A stretch of DNA of 63,945 nucleotides, filler included, from Hausera hauseri (Eukaryota), in assembly GCA_046269625.1 (NCBI GenBank). It is 11 parts of 11 records of this genome, joined end to end, with 100 filler letters (N's around TTAATTAATTAA, not from the genome) between each part and the next. Parts side by side here need not be neighbours in the genome. Positions count along the whole stretch, not along the records: positions 1 to 4,552 come from JBJURY010530898.1; positions 4,653 to 8,673 come from JBJURY010813865.1; positions 8,774 to 15,257 come from JBJURY010094765.1; 8 more parts are not named here. The stretch is one strand, 5' to 3'. Of this stretch, positions 1 to 12,518 are shown piece by piece. Both the position numbers and the translations under genes were made by a program. Position 1 is the first letter of the stretch, and every line of letters begins with the position of its first letter. The notes under the pieces are model-generated. The model was not told the DNA's origin and did not search any database. It saw only the letters and a list, made by a program, of their open reading frames with translations.

Positions 1-148
1 GAACAACCTATTGATTCCATCACCCCATATAATAATTGGAAATAGATCCACATGCATTTTACCTGCAAGGTTTATTCACTAATTTCCCTTTCCTAAGTAC
101 TAAAATGGATGCATTGCAATTAAAGCCGAGCATAAGTTATTTGATTAA

Positions 149-1375
149 TTGGGTTGGTGCATAATTTCGTACGTTTTTTTTATTTTTTTTATTTTAAACA
201 AATTAACATAACATTTAATCAATAATGTATTCTCCGTTGATGTTTACAACTTCTTCTTAACGATCAAAAAGCTTTTCAATGCCTCGGCGGTAAAAATCGC
301 CTAGTCTCGACTCGAAGAATTCTGCCAATTATGCCTTCAGTTCCTCATCATTATTGAACGTAACTTCACGCAAAGCGTTTGAAAGTGATCGGAAAAGATG
401 GAAATCCGATGACGCTAAGTCGAGAGAATAAAGAGGATGTGGCAAAACGTCCCAGCCAGATGTTCGAATAGCTTCCTTTTGTAATGATTGCGATGTGAGG
501 GTGAGCGTTGTCATGTTGAAGAAGAACGCCATACTGCTGATCGGGTCACTTTTGTTGAATAGCCTCGTTGAGCTTCTGCATCTGCTGCACATTCGTCTCA
601 GTCCCACCAAACGCATGGCATTTTTTCCGAGGATAAAGGTCTTGTTTTGTACGTGGAGTTGCATGTTTGTTCAGATTCAACCATTCTTTTCGTTGCTTCA
701 TTTTGACATAAAGACACCATTTTTCTCACCTGTAACGATGTAATAAAGAAAACGCTGCTTGTTGTCGTGTGTTGCGAGATAACGAGAGAGCAAACCGACG
801 GCAATTGTTAAGCGCTGATTTTTGATGTCTTGGTTCAAAATATGTGGTACCCATGCGCCGCGTTTTTGAATCTTACCCATTGATTGCAAGTGGTAAACTA
901 CCGTTGAGTAGTCACAGTTCATTTGTTCAGACATTCCTCGTGTCGTATGACGCGGATTTTCGTAAATAATCTCGTTCAGTCACTCTTCTTCGAACTCAGG
1001 CGGTCGACCGGTATGAGGCTGGTAATTGATGTCGATATCACTGTTTTTAAACCGCGAAAACCATTTTTGAACAGTTCTTTCTGCCACAGAACCTTCCCTA
1101 TACACTGCACAAATATCTCGAGCAGCTTTGGCGGCCTTAAATCCTTGATTAAATGCAAAAATAAGATGTCGAAAATGCTTATTTTTGTCGACTTAACATT
1201 TCATTTCAACGATCTAAAAATAGACAAACATAAACGAAAACAAAAAACCAATCGGACTATCTTATAGAGCAATACATTATCTATCGAATAGCATAAAACA
1301 CTTAGCCAAAACATTTTATATTATTTGCGCAATTTTGAATTTAAAAAAAACGCACGAAATTATGCACCAACCCAA
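149..1375 (-). mobile_element. Full-length mariner (DD34D) element with pseudogenised transposase (~1204..215)
   Basis: 29-bp TIRs ttgggttggtgcataatttcgtacgtttt / aaaacgcacgaaattatgcaccaacccaa (1 mismatch). Motifs KHFRHL, WVPHIL, IVTGE, HPLYSLDLASSDFHLF and NGEYIID*; frameshifted. Confidence 0.95.
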
Positions 1376-2114
1376 TTCGATTTCATACGCGATGACAATC
1401 TGCCAAAAGTTTGATCATGGTTCAATGTATTAAGTGTTTCTGTCAACAGAATGACTTCTTTTCGGGCTGAAAACTTTGTTCGATCAAATGCAGCAAATAC
1501 TCCACGAAACATTTTATCTTGCATGCTTGTAATTGGAAGAAGCCTCATGAACGTCACTTGGTGACATTGAAAAACTAAAAACTGCTAACAGTTTCATGAT
1601 CAGATCGAGCCTTCAGACCCCTTTCGCTCATGCATTAAATACAAGAACTTTATCCACAGGATCAATGACGCCATAACAGTCTATTTTTCGCAGCGTCAGA
1701 AGAAATGACATCTTATGACATAATGATATTCATAGCTTCTGAATTGAGTGATGTCGAACCGTTTATCTAATTTTTCCAGAAATTTCCTTTCTTTCCCCTC
1801 ACATATCTCTTTAATGGGCTTTATGTTTCTTTAATGCTATCCAGTCTTGGAAGAATTTGTCAATCTGTTCAATGTAGTGTCGTGATACCTTTAAAGGGAT
1901 TTACGATATTTCTCTTATTTGAATAACCTTCTTTATAATCTCCGTTGAAGCTGAGCGGAAACACATTTGTCTATTATAAATTTGTTGTTAGTCATCATAG
2001 TAAATATCATCCCAACAAGAAAAGCATATTTTTGCAGTGTGACTAACTATTGCAAATTGAAAGGAGAACTTCATTACTTTGAAGTGGCATTTTATGTTCT
2101 ATGCATATAATCTA

Positions 2115-3458
2115 CAGAGAGTTTTCATAAGTAAATAGACACCCGTAAAATGATTGTAATCTGATGATATTATTATCTATCTGTTTTATCCAATCCCATT
2201 GAAGTAATGTATTTGTTTATTCATGTATTTGTTGTAATAGGTAATATTTGAGCTTTCCTAAGTGCATGTAGCTGTTTTTGTTGTTTTAAATTATCTTTAC
2301 ATCAAGTTTCACCTATTAGATCGTGCCTAGGGCAATTGGCGCATTGGAGTTATCTGAATTCACTCGTGGAAGAATTGTTGGGCAATCGAAATGTGACAAA
2401 TCAAAAAGCAATGACAATCAGTCTTCATGTCCCTCTGTCAACCGTGAACAGGATTGTGTTGCAATTCAGGCGTGCTGGTAAAACAACAAACTTGAAACGT
2501 CAGGGCAGGCCAAAACTAAGTGAGAGAAATTTGAGGGCTGTCAGAAGAAGTGTGGAGTTGAATCCTCGTCAGACAGCTTCTCAAATGGCTATGAAGGCTC
2601 ATGTATCCACTTCTACCATCTGGCATTACCTCATTGAGTTACAATGGCCTTACAGCACGACGCAAGCCTCTGCTCACTCCCCAAAACATTCTCCGTTGTA
2701 AAAATCGGTCCATTGCAGAAGGGATCGGAATTCTGGAAAACTGTACTTTTTACTGATGAAAGCAGCTTCCACAAGTTTGAGAACAGTAGCCGTGTTTATG
2801 TGTGGCGGAAACCGAGCCAGGAGTTCTCCTTGGCACATTTGTAGCCCACAGTAAAGCACAGCCCAAGTGTGATGGTATGGGGCGCTGTGTGGTATGCTGG
2901 CCGTTCCTCTTTGGTTGTGTGCAATGGTTCTGTAACCGCTGATCAGTACATCCGAGTACTTCATGAAAGGCGTCTTCCTTTATATACAACTGGTCAGGTG
3001 TCAAAACAGAACGCAATCCTATTGCATGATGGTGCGCCGGCACATGCGGCACGAGCCACACATCAATGGCTTTAGAAGCAGGGAATCACTATCCTTCCTT
3101 GAACTGCCCAATCCCCTGACATGAATGTCATCGAGAACGTGTGGTTCATTCTTGATAATGCTCTTCGCAAGCCACCAGAAAAACCAGCATCTCGAGACAG
3201 TCTCATTCGTATGCTGCAGGAAGAAATGGCTGCAATTCCTCAGTCTGTCATTCAACAACTGATTTTACCTATGCCTAACCGTGTAGCTACTTTACATAAA
3301 ATGGGTGGACATTCTACACAATTTTAATATCTTTGTAAAAATTTTACTTGTTTTCATGTTTATTGTATGTAAACTTCATGCTATTCCATGTGTAAACTGT
3401 TTTGTTATTTTTACAGGGTGTTATTTTTTACAGGTTTTACTTATGACAACCATCTCTG
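2115..3458 (+). mobile_element. Tc1-like (DD34E) element, pseudogenised transposase ~2290..3327
   Basis: TA|cagagagttttcataagtaaa left end and tttacttatgacaaccatctctg right end. Motifs GRP, VLFTDES, VMVWG, HDGAPAH, SPDMNVIENVW and MPNRV...GGHSTQF. Confidence 0.92.
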
Positions 3459-3920
3459 CGTACTAACTGTTGCTTCCTCCATAAGTGTGAATGTATCCAT
3501 TTATATACAGAAAAACCCCGTTTCTCGTTTTTCCAGAGCAGCTTAATCAGCAGCAAATGTTATACTATGCTCATAGTATACTATCCTCATATCTACTATA
3601 TTTTGGGCGTTTGGAATTTTAAAAACATTTTGTACATTTTTTCAAGAAACTTTTGTTCAATTTATTTTCTGGTGTGTTATGGATGTACTTCACAACTTCA
3701 AAATCTACACCAAATAGGTTTTTGAGAGACGTCGTTTCGCGAAAAAGTACTGCAAGAATCACATTTCAACAAAATTCTGAAGCCCCTGGATGACTTCTTT
3801 ATATGACGTTTCTCGAATGAAATTTTATACAAAATGTTTAGTCCAAAAAGAACAAGATTAATACAAAAATATGTAAACTTTTCCACCAAAAAAAGATCAC
3901 AAGCAGACATAAATATTTAC

Positions 3921-4186
3921 TTGATTTCATCTTCAGTCAGTTTGATAACATCATCGTAGAAATGAGGTATATTTATGTGACCATTGTAATCCCGTAAGGA
4001 ATTAAGCAAATATAACATATCGGACATTGCTTCAGCCACACACCCGCCAAAAACACCAGAATGTAAATCGTAATTAGCACATCTTATTTCAATAAAAAAA
4101 TAACATATTCCTCTTAATCCATATGTAACGCAAGGTACTTCATCACCAAGCCAATAATTATCAGATATAATAATGTATTCTATATC
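3921..4186 (-). CDS. CNDP2: Single internal exon of cytosolic non-specific dipeptidase (M20A, CNDP2-like)
   Basis: tttag| acceptor and |gtaaat donor flank an open 266-nt exon: DIEYIIISDNYWLGDEVPCVTYGLRGICYFFIEIRCANYDLHSGVFGGCVAEAMSDMLYLLNSLRDYNGHINIPHFYDDV, matching the CNDP2 ISDNYWLG..PC.TYGLRG..YF.IE...DLHSG..GG signature. Not in the ORF track. Confidence 0.9.
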
Positions 4187-4535
4187 CTAAACCATAATTC
4201 TTTAACAAAACATACATATAAACGTATTTATGATGATCAATAATTGTACTAAAATGATTTATTCTGAATCACGTAAATTAACATCCGTATCAAAAATTCC
4301 CGGAGAAATTAGAAAGAGGTTTAGACTTTCATAAGACTACGCATTAAAGGTATAATCTTTTAAGTTTTTTTCGCATATTTCGGAACATATACCTATATAT
4401 TTGAGATTCAATTAAACGTAAAGAATTCGTAATAATCTTACACGATTTTCCAAAACATTTACCAAATAATAAAACAAAACCAATTTCAAACGATCACACA
4501 AGGGCATTGAATCAAATATAAAACACCTTTAAAAT

Positions 4536-4552
4536 TGTGGTGCCCACCGCTT
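4536..4552. repeat. Probable LTR terminus of the CsRn1-like family at the contig end
   Basis: tgtggtgccc resembles the TGTGGTGC / TGTGGCGCC LTR termini at 27597-27626, 32510 and 43473-43502; only 17 bp are visible. Confidence 0.35.
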
Positions 4553-4652
4553 NNNNNNNNNNNNNNNNNNNNNNNNNNNNNNNNNNNNNNNNNNNNTTAA
4601 TTAATTAANNNNNNNNNNNNNNNNNNNNNNNNNNNNNNNNNNNNNNNNNNNN
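4553..4652. other. Artificial contig spacer N44-TTAATTAATTAA-N44 (first of ten)
   Basis: Identical 100-bp spacers, with stops in all six frames, at 4553-4652, 8674-8773, 15258-15357, 19792-19891, 24949-25048, 34718-34817, 41926-42025, 46941-47040, 51348-51447 and 59448-59547; plus a 10-N gap at 46518-46527. Confidence 0.99.

Positions 4653-4692
<40 letters not shown>
4653..4692. repeat. (GA)n microsatellite at contig start
   Basis: Direct reading of the sequence. Confidence 0.98.
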
Positions 4693-4694
<2 letters not shown>

Positions 4695-5251
4695 CAAAAT
4701 ACATAAGATCTAAGAACTGTTAATTGAATTTAATTATTTTGGGATATGAGATTGACAACGATAGTACAAAAATAACAAAGAAAAAAGAAGGGTATAATAC
4801 CTAGTAATGCATCATCAATCTTTTACAGCTTTCGTCAAAAATATATTACCATTACAGACAAATTAGACTCGACTATATAGTCGGTTCTATCATCTGTCGA
4901 GTCTCAGCTGTCAACTACCATAGTCATCAGAGATAATTACATAATTACATTAGGCAATCATCAATCAGATAACTACAGGCAATTTAACGTCACTTATAAT
5001 GTCTGAGTCCCGAGGCTGATCAACAATTCTTTAGTCGATAATTTCGAAAGTAATTTTGTCATAAATTTTTTTTTAAGCAATACCAATATAAAATTTTAAA
5101 ATTATCGGTTTCATTTTTAGACAGTAATGGGTTGCTTCTACTTTTGTGTAGTTGTTTTCGACAATCTACTGCTAGATTGTAATGATCTACGAAATTGGAA
5201 CCCAGATTTGGTCCCATTGTACGTGGAGAAATAGTCTGTGATTGGATTGTC

Positions 5252-6199
5252 CTATGGATATTCTGTTTGCAAACTGTGGTCTGGATATGACACTGAAAAT
5301 TGCTGCAGGAGTGCTTTCATGGACATGCAAGACAAAAAGCGGTAACCTTTGCACAAAAATCTGGATAGGTCACGGGGTTATCCGGTTTGTGAACAGATTT
5401 GACAAGATGGGCGTATGTTATGTTGCTCCAACATTTTCTTTGAATTGTTCTTAGCTTTCGCATGGAACCACATATTCTCTACTAATTGAGTGTTTGCCCC
5501 GTTTTCGGGGTTAACAAAATTCATGGAATGATTAACTGTGGAATATTGAAAAAGAGGTAATCCAGTATTTAAGTTCATTAAACGAGAAATACCATTAACA
5601 TGTTGATGCCATTCATCGGAAATGATGTGTGAACTTGGAAGAATATACTGTTCAACAATTGGCATTAAAGTCGTCGCAGGAACATTGAAAAGAAAACAAT
5701 CCCGAGTTTCTCGACATATTGCTCCAAAAATCGATTGTTCAGGTAAAATCCTCCCTACATTGTCTTTCCTTTTCTCAAATTGAGATTCATCTATTTCTAC
5801 AGTGTAACCTCGTCCTCTGATTTGCTGAAGATTGGTTAGAAGATATTGTGCCAATACTTCTCTTAGAAAATTACTCCAATCGACGAAAGAATTTTGTCCA
5901 AAAATCTAGTTCCAATTCACAAAATTTGACTGATCTTTTCACGAGACCACCAATAAATGAAGTAGATTATTTTACGAAAGGGAAGTTTCTATTTCTCCAG
6001 CTATGTATCCTTCCGCAAACCGATTTCAGAACGACATTCGGTGATTGCACATCCATCTGTCAGAGCTATTTGCTAAGCTCAATGTCATAAAATGCCCACT
6101 GGCGCAAAAACGTTGATTGTGCAGGATACCAGTTTGCTGAAGAAACGTAACAGCCGATGCTTTACCATGAACTGTTTCAATAAGACGAATAAAATTCAT
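5252..6199 (-). mobile_element. Merlin/IS1595-superfamily transposase pseudogene
   Basis: GYTVEIDESQFEKRK..GR, IFGAICRET, TLMPIV..YILP.S.IISDEW and TVNHSMNFVNPENGANTQLVENMW match the Merlin VEIDES / SD.W / VNHS..FV.P..G.HTQ.IE..W motifs. TIRs not confidently located. Confidence 0.9.
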
Positions 6200-6532
6200 G
6201 ATGACAGTTGATGAACAGAAATATGAATGTTAACAAAATAATGTAATATGAATAATGCGGCAGAATTTAAGACTATTAAAACACGAGCACAAAGCGTGAT
6301 ACATTACAACATTAAATTCATGTTGAATAAAAATTTCATTGCATCAGATACCTGCTTTATTTAAAGAGGGGCGGGGATATAACAAACATGTGTCAGTAAT
6401 TCTTCGATTTGAAACCAAAAATATATAAGCCTACGATGTTTTATTTAAGAAAGTAATGAGTGTATTAAAATCAGTTATTACACGAAATTTTACATACTAT
6501 TTTATATTTTTAACGTATTTTTGTTCAATGGC

Positions 6533-7680
6533 ACAGGGATTGCACATAATTTCGAGTTTGACATTGAAACAAATAAAACAAAGTATAGTTAATTCGAAAA
6601 GTTATGGCTATTTTATACCCATAATTTAAAATAATGCATAACTTTGCCAAAACAAAACATATTTACTGGAAATAAAAACCTTCAGATGTACACATTCTTT
6701 CCAAAGGGATACAAGCTTAGTTATTCCAGACTTGTGAAAATCAGGAGTCATGGAGCCAAGGAAGTCTTCGAAGGATTTCTTAGCAGTAGCTTGATCTTTA
6801 AAGGTTTTCTCCTTCAAGAAGAGGTCGAGGTGGTAGAAGAGGTGATAATCTGTCGGTGACAGATCCGGTGAGTAAGGTTGGTGCGACGGGGTTTTGTAGC
6901 CGAACTCCATCAGCTTTTGGAGTGTCATTTTTGACACGTGGGGTCTGGCGTTGTCCTGGAGGATTATAGGACCTTTTCGATTGACCAGTTCTGATTGAAG
7001 ATGTAGTAATTTCTTGTACATGTCATCGATTTGATGACAGTACATCTCGGCTGTGATGGTTTCTCTCGGATTCAGAAAGCTATAATGAACGACCCTAGCT
7101 GCAGACCACTAAAATAGTACAATAGCCGTCTTGGTATGCAAATTCAGTTAGGGAAATTGTTTTGGAGGTTCACCTTTATCCAACCACTGACACGCACGTC
7201 GTTTGTTGCCATAAGTAATCCATTTTTTATCGCACGTAACAATGCGATCAAGAAACGGTTCGTTTTTATTGCGCAGAAGAAGCGATGTACACAATTCGTA
7301 GAGGAGATTTCTCTGTTTTTCGTTAATTCATGTGACACCCACTTCTTCAGCTTCTTGGATTTACCCAGTTGGTGCAGGTGCTCACAAACTGTTGAGGAAC
7401 TAACTCCCACTTGTTCTGCAAGCTCCACAACAGTTTGGCGTGGATCAAACTCGACAAAGCTTTCAATTCATTGTTGTCAACTGCATACGGACGGCCAGAT
7501 ATTTCTTCATCCTCGAGGTTATGATCTCCCCACGGAATTTTACAAACCAACGTTGCACAGTTCTTTCATTTAAATTAACTTTTCCAAAGACACATGTTAC
7601 ATTACGGCTAGCTTCAGCTGCATTATGACCGAGTTTAAATTTGTATAAAAAATCGCACGCAATTGCTTCTTATCTATAGC
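6533..7680 (-). mobile_element. Mariner (Hsmar1/cecropia-like, DD34D) pseudogene
   Basis: DKKQLRAIF, SGRP, KWVSHEL, LQDNARPH and PYSPDLSPTDYHLF; multiple frameshifts. Right TIR not seen. Confidence 0.9.
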
Positions 7681-8778
7681 TTTGTGACTACTCTTAAAAT
7701 TTAAACAAGACAATTGATAAACTTAAACAACTCCACAAAGAAGTAAAGCGTGATCAGTGCGCTGAAAGTATATTCACTACTTACATTTTTATTTTTACTT
7801 ATATATTTATCTTTGTATTGTGTGATAATATTTTTGTTTCTTATTTGTTATATTGCATCAGTAAGTTAACTAATTAAATAAGTTTTCTCAAAGTAATTCG
7901 GAACGGACCCGACGTACTGTCGGATCGTGGCCCAAGTAAAGATAAATAACAGAGTCAACTAAACATTACTCAAATAAAGTGAAAATAAAAAACGACGTTG
8001 TCCCCGACATATTACCCATAGGGTAGAAAGGTAAGATTTTCTGAAGAATATATACATGCTCATAGATTATTAATTGTCTCATATTTGTTCACCCGTTAAT
8101 TTATTCCGTCACATAATATTAAATAAGCCTCTCCCATAAAAATTGTCGGAGACTGAACAGTTCATCATAGTTGTATAGTTGCGTTACTTGAAAATGTGTT
8201 TGGAAAGTGTGTAATATTTCAGTGCGATATGTTAGTTGTATTTGAAAGGAACAAGACGAGATGAAATTTAAATTAAATTAAATACTGTTCACGACGAAGA
8301 AAGTCCTTGGTACAATGAATTTAAAGGTTGAAAAAATCAAGAAAGCCGCGTGAGATCAGCCGGAAAGTAACAAAACACCCAAAGTAAATCAGTTAGAATT
8401 TTAAAGTTTTCTCAAATCAGCATCTAATAGAAATCATTCAAAATGGAAAAATCACAACCAGAGAACTCCAGCGCGTCTTAAACGTCAGCATAAGTACTCT
8501 TGACACATTGCTGACAGAACACGTGTTAAAATGATATCGGAGACCGTCACAATGGATGGTACACCACCCTCTCTGTTTTCATGAGTCGAAAAGTATATCA
8601 CAAGAGTGGAAACTCTCTGAAGAGATTAGCTCAAGAAAAACACCAGCATCAAAAACGTACTTAAAAGTCATGANNNNNNNNNNNNNNNNNNNNNNNNNNN
8701 NNNNNNNNNNNNNNNNNTTAATTAATTAANNNNNNNNNNNNNNNNNNNNNNNNNNNNNNNNNNNNNNNNNNNNAAATA

Positions 8779-8799
8779 GTGTGTGTGTGTGTGTGTGTG
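8779..8799. repeat. (GT)n microsatellite
   Basis: Direct reading of the sequence. Confidence 0.95.
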
Positions 8800-8959
8800 A
8801 AATTTTTTCTACCCTATGAGTCATTCGCGAACCACATTGATTTCCCTCAGCAGGGGGTTTGGCCCAGTGTCCTCCTTTCCTATTACCGCCGTATAATCTC
8901 ACGATGGCGATGCGTACATACAATCAGAAATGAATAATGGAGGAGAGGGAGGACAGAAC

Positions 8960-9420
8960 TATTGACAATACAGAGAACAAAGGAAAAGTGACAAAATGGA
9001 AAATTTCACATTAACCTAGGAGATAAATTTTGGGTGTTAAAAAGAACAGAAAGACGAAATCGATGGCCGATAGGTGAAATAATTCAGACATTTCCGAGTA
9101 AAGATGGGTCCGTGCGAGTTGTTGAATTCTCACAGAATGGGAGGTATATCGGCAACTTATCAATAAAATTGGTAGAATTGAAAATTGATCAGATGAATGG
9201 GAAAAATTAGAAACAACAACCAGACGATAAGGAAATTTAGAATTGAACGAACAAGTTCGCCGGATTACCCCAAGGAGGGAGAAATTGTGAATCTTGGTAG
9301 GTTAGTTGGGTAATCCAACCAATACCCAATCGGAAATACCGGTGTAAATATAAAAAATGTACATATGAGTTAAAGTGTGAATGTTGTATATGTTCGAATG
9401 TGAATGTCGAAATTATATAT
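8960..9420 (+). mobile_element. BEL/Pao LTR retrotransposon 3' end (integrase C-terminal domain, PPT, start of 3' LTR)
   Basis: LGDKFWV...RNRWPIGEIIQTFPSKDGSVRVVE matches the BEL GD.V...R..WPLG.I...PG.DG.VR.V domain. PPT aaggagggagaaa at 9272-9284, then TGTGA at 9286; interrupted by the Tc1 at 9422. Confidence 0.72.
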
Positions 9421-9421
9421 A

Positions 9422-10458
9422 AAATACTGGATAAAATAAGCACATCCTACGTAAAAGAGAAATTTGTGAACGTCCTTAAATACATTGCGAAATATTGGTA
9501 AAAAGGCTGACATTAGTAAAGATTTGAGAGAAAGGGTAATAACACTGCATTTGTCTGGCAAATTTCCGAGAGAAATATCTGCAATATGAGCACTTTCATA
9601 ACAAAGTATTAGGTTTTATGCAATGTTATGCATTTTCTCATATTTAGAAATACATTGATTGTGGCTCAATTGAATCAAATCGAGGAAACACGGGAAGGAA
9701 ATTGAAATTAACACTCAGGGCAATGAGACATCTCAAGCTATGTGTTCGCACGAAACCCTTCTTGTGAGATTGCATGGTATAGTAATATTGCAGTGTGTCC
9801 CAGAACAGTAAGGAGATATTTACACAAGCTGAAAATAAAATGTTGAAGGGCTATGAAGAAACCTCTCCTAAATGCATTGCAGATAATGAGAAGGGTCCAA
9901 TGGGCTAGGAGGTTGCAGATGAAACCTACCAGTTTCTGGAAGAAATGTAAACAATCGATGAATTCATTATAGTATTTCAGTGTTTTAGAAAATGAGCTTT
10001 ATGGCACATTACAAGGTCCATTTAGGGGGCATGGCAGGGCATTTTTTCATGATGATGGTGCCTCTTGCCATCAGTGAAAAGTTGTTCAACAGAGATGTCA
10101 GCAGATAGGAATTAGAAGGCTAAATTGGGTGGGACAGTCACCAGACTGTAATCCCATAGAGAATATTTGGGCTTTTATGAAGAGAAAAATAAGGCAAAGA
10201 ATCCCTCACACAGCATCTGACTTGAAAAATGCCATTCAGGAGATTTGCAGTTTAGAAATATCACTGCAGTATTGTTAGAGTCTATACTTCTCAATGCCTT
10301 CAAGACTTTCCCTAGTCATGAAGAAGAAAGGATTCTCTACTAGATACTAGATATTGTATGAGCTGCCACATTTTGTGTTTGATATTTGTTCAATTTCTAC
10401 CTTGACTTGAGTTTTACTGTAATCTGAGGGAGTATGCTTATTATTTTGTCCAGTACTG
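9422..10458 (+). mobile_element. Internally deleted Tc1-like element
   Basis: TA-flanked degenerate TIRs (aaatactggataaaataag / ttattttgtccagtactg). Motifs GKKADISKDLRERV, FHDDGASCH, WVGQSPDCNPIENIW and MPSRL...KGFSTRY*. Confidence 0.85.
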
Positions 10459-10714
10459 TAGTAGAGGCGGAAACGGCCTTATTCATCCTCTGAACGAACC
10501 ATCAACCACGTTTACAAAACTTTCAAAATCAAAAAATTTTTTTTAACGAAATATCCCAAAAATATATTATACATCTTCGAACAAGAATTATGTTAATCCG
10601 AAGTCTGCATAAACATTAAGTTTTGGAGTTGCCAAATAGAAGTAAATATATATAAAGTCTTTTTGATTTCGTCACTGATTTATTAAATATTTCAACAATA
10701 ACAAATACACATAA

Positions 10715-11956
10715 AGGGTGGACCATCTATCATTTTCTTTTTTAATTAGTCATAATTTGGACATAGACAACACTTATGCCATTCTGTTTTTTTAAACGTT
10801 AATTTGTTGGCCTCCAATTTACTAATATGGATCGATATATGATTGAACAACGTTTTGAAATATTAAAAATTTACTTTGAAAGTATCTGCTGTGTGGCACA
10901 ATGCGTGCAAAGATTGAAGGCAATTTTCTGTCTCGTAAATGCACCTTCTACGGCTTATGCGAAGTACTTTGAAGAAAGTTCGTACACCAACACGTGCGCC
11001 TCCGGTTCGTTCGACCGAAAATATTGCTGTTGTAGTTCAGAGTGTGCGTGAAAATCTTGGAACGTCGACTCGCCATCGTTCTCAAGAACTGAACATTTCC
11101 CGGACTTCCCTGAGACGTATTTTGCATAAAGACCTTGATATGACAGCCTAAAAAGTACAGTTAGTTCAGGAGTTGAAGCCAAGAGACCATCCGATGTGTG
11201 CTCGGTTCGCTGAATGGGATGGAGTTCAAGAAAATCCCGAATTTTATCGAAAATTATGTTTTCCGATGAAGCTCATTTTCATCTGGGTGGCTATGTAAAC
11301 AAACAAAAAATATCGCATCTGGGGCTCAGAAAATCCACATGTTGTCGTGAAGAAGCCAATGCAACTATTGGAAGTGACTGTTTGGTGCGTATATTGGTCT
11401 GGAGGCATCATTGGATCTTATTCCATTGAAAATGAGGATGGAGACACGTTTACTGTGAATGACGAACGTTATCGACGCATGATAAGTATTTGGATTTGAC
11501 TGACATCTGGTTTCAACAGGATGGTGCTCCGTGTCACAATAGAAAAACCAACAATAGAACTTCTGCACACCAATTTCGAAAACCGTTTAATCAGTCGTTT
11601 CGGCAATGTCAATTGGCCACCAAGAAGCTGCGATCTTACGCCGTTAGACTATTATTTGTGAGGTGCCGTTAAGGACAAGTGCTACGCCGACAATCCAGAG
11701 ACTATTGATGCTCTTAAAAGCAATATCCAAATTGCCATTGCTGAAGTAGAGCTTCATACAGTCTAAAATGTATTAAAAATTAGATCTATTGGATGGACTA
11801 CTGTGAGGCTAATCGAGGCAGCCATTTGATTGAAATTGTATTCCATAAATGATAGGAAGAATTACTCTTTTAGATAAAAATATAATCATTGAATTATATT
11901 TATTGGTCTTTTATTTACGGCTCTTTTTAAAAAGAAAATCGTTAATGGCCCACCCT
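10715..11956 (+). mobile_element. Tc1/mariner DD41D (rosa-like) element, pseudogenised
   Basis: TIRs agggtggaccatctatcattttcttttt / aaaaagaaaatcgttaatggcccaccct. Motifs FSDEAHFHLGGYVNKQ and WFQQDGA...NWPPRSCDLTPLD, with 41 residues between the 2nd and 3rd Asp after frameshift correction. Confidence 0.92.
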
Positions 11957-12518
11957 ATGTATGCTGTTGTCTTCTCCTCGGCTAATGTAAGCACCACAGT
12001 AACCATTAGTTTACAATTCCAACAAAACTTCTATAGTACATGATAAACCGATGAGCGGTAATGTTATGATTGGCGTTTTACCCTAATACATAAAGATACC
12101 CTATCTACTCAATACATGACCGGTATTTTTATAAAGTCTCTCTTCCTCATTTTTTTACCATATTAGACTAATATGCGGTCGTTAGATCGTCACTGCTCAT
12201 GTTAGCTGCTGAAATTAGCGACCACATTATTAAGTTGGTATTTTTCAGTCCGGTAAGACAGTGACGATATAGTAGCGAGCAAAAGACACAAGAATTTGCA
12301 CAAGAGGTATACTGAATAAGTACCGTTATTTTTATGTTGGGAAAACTTGTTATGAAAATATCACTCACAAATGTTTTCAAACGTTGTATATGTATTTTAT
12401 CATGAAAAAGCCCATTCTTTTATTTCCTTTCAGTTTTTATATTGAATTATGCGCATTAAACCTTATTTTATTATACTGTATCTAGTATGTCACTGTTTCC
12501 AATGTGTTCATAAAACAG

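Larger units (their letters stand above)
1..3540 (-). mobile_element. Degenerate hAT-related (hATm / 'Cc8L18.2-like') transposase remnant, split by a mariner and a Tc1 insertion
   Basis: Minus-strand pieces at ~2110-1378 and 146-1 translate, with frameshifts, to IDKFFQDWIALKK..LDKRFDI, AAFDRTKFSARKEVILLTETLNTLNHD and GKL..LAGKMHVDLFPII.GDG. These resemble this family's W..LKK..LFDI, AALDR..SDR.A..IL and HWDGKL...VDRLPI motifs. Outer boundaries are uncertain. Confidence 0.55.

Noticed and set aside
7760-8673. Possible LTR/gag start or HTH fragment (KITTRELQRVLNVSISTL)
   Set aside because: Short, interrupted by stops, with no diagnostic motif, PBS or LTR pair.
8800-8910. Possible ribozyme or SINE/RTE tail (minus strand CTGCTGAG...CGAA, followed by a CA repeat; shares catagggtagaaa with ~8017)
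   Set aside because: The hammerhead core is imperfect and the stems are not convincing; too little evidence to name.
11960-12518. Upstream MON1 exon (cctatctactca could encode PIYS)
   Set aside because: No suitable donor site or flanking LSEAGK motif; likely chance.
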